Part shown: positions 60,947 through 64,000 of the stretch, piece by piece
How the letters are laid out: every line of letters begins with the position of its first letter
How positions within the stretch are numbered: the first letter of the stretch is position 1
Assembly: GCA_036337435.1 (NCBI GenBank)
Contig: JAYZEG010000028.1
Coordinates: 32,001-96,000, forward strand
Origin: Myxococcota bacterium
Lineage (GTDB): Bacteria; Myxococcota_A; Bradymonadia; UBA7976; UBA1532
DNA: 64,000 nucleotides
Direction of reading: 5' to 3'
Made by a program: the position numbers and the translations under genes
The notes under the pieces: model-generated
Told to the model about the DNA's origin: nothing
The model's input: the letters and a program-made list of their open reading frames with translations, nothing else
The model's database searches: none

Positions 60947-63619
60947 ATGGCTCGTGTTGATGTGACTACCGAAGCAAAGAATGGGATTCCGGCCGGCGTT
61001 AAGTTGACGCCGATGATGAAGCAGTATGTCGACGCCAAGTCGAAGTATCCGGATGCGTTGCTTTTCTTCCGTATGGGTGATTTCTACGAGATGTTCTTTG
61101 AGGATGCCGAGTTGGGTGGCCAGCACCTTGAACTGACGGTCACATCCCGAGACAAGGAATCGTCTGTGCCAGCACCGATGTCGGGCTTTCCTCATCATCA
61201 ATTGCCGAGCTATCTGAGTCGTGCACTGGCTGCCGGGTTCAAAGTAGCGGTCTGTGAGCAGCTTGAAGATGCATCGCAAGCGCGTGGACTCGTCCGCAGG
61301 GGCATTACTCAGGTGATTACACCCGGCGTTGTGATCGATTCTGAGAGCCTGGATGCTCGGGCCAATAATTATCTGGTGAGCGTTGTTCCTCATCCAACCG
61401 AGGCTGATGTTTTCGGGCTGGCCGCATTGGATGTGAGCACTGGCGAATTTAAGGTAACTGAATTATTAGGCGCGAGTGCACTGCGTTGTGAAATGAGTCG
61501 AATCGAGCCCCGCGAGCTCATTGTTCGCGACGATAGCCAGGCACTTGAGGCGATTTTGGGCGCGCGCAGCAAAGGGCTGGCTATCTCCCGTCCTGGTGAC
61601 CGTTTCTTTGAAGACTCAACAGCACACCCGCTTCTCGATTCCTTTGTCGGGCCGAGTGGCGAACCGTGCCTCGATGAATTACGCGGATTTGGCTTTGGGG
61701 TACCGGACTTGGTGATTCGAGCGGCGGGTGCCGTTTTGGCTTATGTCAAAGATACCCAGCAACAAATTCCTCAACACACTCGACTGCTGGTGCCCTATCG
61801 AGTTCATGAAACGCTGATCCTAGATGAAACGGCCAAAGCAAACCTTGAGTTGTTTCGAACGCTCATGGACGGGCGCAAACGAGGTGCTTTATTGGGTGTT
61901 CTGGATCGGGCCGGAACCGCTATGGGAGGCCGCAAGATGCGCCAATGGATTTCCTATCCACTGATGGACCCAAAGGCGATTAATGAGCGGCTTGATGGCG
62001 TTGAGTGGCTGAAAGATAACCCAGAGAACCGAGCGCATATCCGAATTAGTTTGCAGGCCATGTACGATTTAGAGCGGCTCAATGCGCGCATCGGTTCGGG
62101 TGCTGCAAGTCCAAGGGATTTATGGTTTCTCAGAGTCAGTCTTGAGCGCATTCCTGAGTTGCTTGAGCAGTTAAGTGGCGTCGACGCTTTGGCATCCGTG
62201 ACTGCGCGCATCGATCCCCTGGTCGACGTAGTTACCACCATCGCCTCGGCACTGGCTGACGATCCACCCGGCCAGCTAAAAGACGGCGGTGTCATTCGCC
62301 CTGGCCACCACGCTGAACTCGATGAATGGACTGAGTTGGCGAGCTCTGGCAAAGAGTATCTCTTGGACCTGGAGCAGCGAGAACGCGAATCCACTGGGAT
62401 CCCAAACCTAAAGGTCCGATATAATCGTGTGTTCGGTTATTACATCGAGGTCAGTCGTTCCCACACCGCGAAAGTGCCGGAGCACTACGTCCGAAAACAA
62501 ACGCTGACGAATGCAGAGCGCTACTTCACCGAAGAATTGAAAGAATTTGAAGAAAAAGTAGTCACTGCGGAAAACCGACGACTCACTCTCGAAAGCGAGC
62601 TTTTTCAGGCACTCAGAACCGAGATCGCCGATGCGGCGAGTGCTATCGCTCAGACGGCGAGTGCCCTGGCCGAACTTGATGCGTTGACGGCACTTGCGGA
62701 AGTTGCCCATCAAAATGACTACTGTCGACCTATAGTAGACGATAGTGATGTCATCGACCTCGTCGATGCAAGGCATCCTGTGGTTGAAGAGGCTGTCGGC
62801 CGAGAAGATTTTGTTCCAAACTCGGTCCGTTTAGATCGGGAAGAACAGGCACTGGTCATATTGACCGGACCAAACATGGCGGGCAAGTCCACGGCGATGC
62901 GTCAGGTTGCTCTGATAACCTTGATGGCCCAGATGGGTAGCTTTGTACCCGCCGCTCGCGCTCAAATCGGCGTGGTCGACCGCATTTTTACACGAGTTGG
63001 CGCTGCAGATGATCTCGCTGCGGGACGCTCGACTTTTATGGTGGAAATGCATGAGACCGCGACGATCCTCCGAGAGGCCACGTCTCGAAGCCTACTGATC
63101 CTGGACGAAATTGGACGAGGGACCAGTACTTTTGATGGTGTCAGTATCGCGTGGTCTGTCGCGGAATACATCCACGATGTGATCGGCGCTAAAACGCTAT
63201 TCGCCACCCATTATCATGAGTTGACAGACATGCAGGCGTCAAAACCTCGGGTCCGGAATTTTACCATCGCCGTGAAAGAATGGAATGACGAGGTAATTTT
63301 CCTGCGCCAACTGGTTGAAGGTGGGGCCAGTCGTTCATATGGGATCCAAGTGGCTCGGCTGGCCGGTCTGCCCAGTTCAGTCGTTGAAAGGTCCAAGGTC
63401 ATCCTCAATGGATTGCAGGGCAGTGAACTTGATGGGCAAATAGTAGGAGATAACTCCCCCAGAACCGGTCACTCTATGCAGCTGAGTTTGTTTTCACCAC
63501 CGCCATTGAATGCAGCACCGTCAAAAGTTGAGAAAGCACTCAAAGCTGCAAATATCGATGAAATGACACCATTACAGGCACTCAACTTTGTCAATTCATT
63601 GCGTGGTCAGCTAGATTGA
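60947..63619 (+). CDS. mutS: DNA mismatch repair protein MutS
   Basis: TPMMKQY, FFRMGDFYEMF, TGPNMAGKST, DEIGRGTST, FATHYHEL. Confidence 0.98.
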   Translation: MARVDVTTEAKNGIPAGVKLTPMMKQYVDAKSKYPDALLFFRMGDFYEMFFEDAELGGQHLELTVTSRDKESSVPAPMSGFPHHQLPSYLSRALAAGFKVAVCEQLEDASQARGLVRRGITQVITPGVVIDSESLDARANNYLVSVVPHPTEADVFGLAALDVSTGEFKVTELLGASALRCEMSRIEPRELIVRDDSQALEAILGARSKGLAISRPGDRFFEDSTAHPLLDSFVGPSGEPCLDELRGFGFGVPDLVIRAAGAVLAYVKDTQQQIPQHTRLLVPYRVHETLILDETAKANLELFRTLMDGRKRGALLGVLDRAGTAMGGRKMRQWISYPLMDPKAINERLDGVEWLKDNPENRAHIRISLQAMYDLERLNARIGSGAASPRDLWFLRVSLERIPELLEQLSGVDALASVTARIDPLVDVVTTIASALADDPPGQLKDGGVIRPGHHAELDEWTELASSGKEYLLDLEQRERESTGIPNLKVRYNRVFGYYIEVSRSHTAKVPEHYVRKQTLTNAERYFTEELKEFEEKVVTAENRRLTLESELFQALRTEIADAASAIAQTASALAELDALTALAEVAHQNDYCRPIVDDSDVIDLVDARHPVVEEAVGREDFVPNSVRLDREEQALVILTGPNMAGKSTAMRQVALITLMAQMGSFVPAARAQIGVVDRIFTRVGAADDLAAGRSTFMVEMHETATILREATSRSLLILDEIGRGTSTFDGVSIAWSVAEYIHDVIGAKTLFATHYHELTDMQASKPRVRNFTIAVKEWNDEVIFLRQLVEGGASRSYGIQVARLAGLPSSVVERSKVILNGLQGSELDGQIVGDNSPRTGHSMQLSLFSPPPLNAAPSKVEKALKAANIDEMTPLQALNFVNSLRGQLD

Positions 63620-63624
63620 ATGAA

Positions 63625-64000
63625 ATGGTCGACAACCAATCGGCACTCGATGCTGCTATCGATGATTATTTAGACTGGCTGCGTGTGGAGCGCGGTCTGT
63701 CAAAGAATACCTTGACGGCCTATCAACGGGACATTGCCTCCTTTGTTCAGCACCTCGATGATGAGATTGATTTGGATGGGGTCAGCGAGCAGCATGTCTT
63801 AAGTTGGTTGAGCAAACGATACAGTGCTGGTATCAGCAAGCGGACTCAATCGAGGCAGTTGATCTCGGTGCGAGGTTTCTTCAAATATTTGAATGCTGAA
63901 GACATCTTGTCGCACAATCCGACATCAAGGATCGACCTTCCGAAGGTCGGTCGACCACTCCCGAAAACCATGACTTTGGATGATGTCGAGCGACTCCTGG
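63625..64000 (+). CDS. xerD: Tyrosine recombinase XerD, N-terminal part (runs off the window)
   Basis: Manual translation: MVDNQSALDAAIDDYLDWLRVERGLSKNTLTAYQRDI..SKRTQSRQLISVRGFFKYL..NPT..LPK..LPKTM. Confidence 0.85.
   Translation, partial: MVDNQSALDAAIDDYLDWLRVERGLSKNTLTAYQRDIASFVQHLDDEIDLDGVSEQHVLSWLSKRYSAGISKRTQSRQLISVRGFFKYLNAEDILSHNPTSRIDLPKVGRPLPKTMTLDDVERLL

Noticed and set aside
63625..64000. Tyrosine recombinase as a prophage or island integrase
   Set aside because: The ERGLSKNT..AY N-terminus is typical of housekeeping XerD, and there is no mobile cargo nearby.
1..64000. CRISPR arrays, rRNA or tRNA genes
   Set aside because: No regularly spaced direct repeats, rRNA signatures or cloverleaf patterns were noticed by eye.

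Overview
Bacterial chromosomal window of roughly 50-55% GC. The gene repertoire looks Myxococcota/Bradymonadia-like (TonB_C-fused TonB-dependent receptor, FHA-CpaF fusion, Cys-rich CDGxDNDCD repeat lipoprotein, TRASH-ParA); this lineage call is inference. The left third is a flagellar filament locus: fliS plus a fliT-like gene converge on fliD, followed by five tandem flagellin paralogs and flaG. It has clear sigma-28 and sigma-54 promoters and CsrA-type GGA hairpins at the flagellin ribosome-binding sites. The most unusual sequence lies between the flagellin genes. Spacers of about 3.4 kb and 1.1 kb are densely tiled with hairpins and at the same time hold long unrecognisable ORFs (640 and 330 codons). 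The flagellin leaders also carry recurrent GGG-loop hairpins, and a nested multi-stem element of about 270 nt sits between flagellin 1 and fliD. The locus is flanked by two apparent pseudo-enzymes: a class I adenylate cyclase homolog and a GGDEF-like protein with an intact I-site. The rest of the window holds murC-murD, biotin carboxylase/BCCP, ruvCAB, an ExbB-ExbD-TonB-TBDR cluster, a TRASH-ParA/RHH pair, TolC/MlaC, FHA proteins, an MFS transporter, pyk, a PilZ-HDOD-sigma54 activator cluster, a J-domain protein, mutS and the start of xerD. No CRISPR array, rRNA, tRNA or transposase was seen. All calls are by eye, without database searches.
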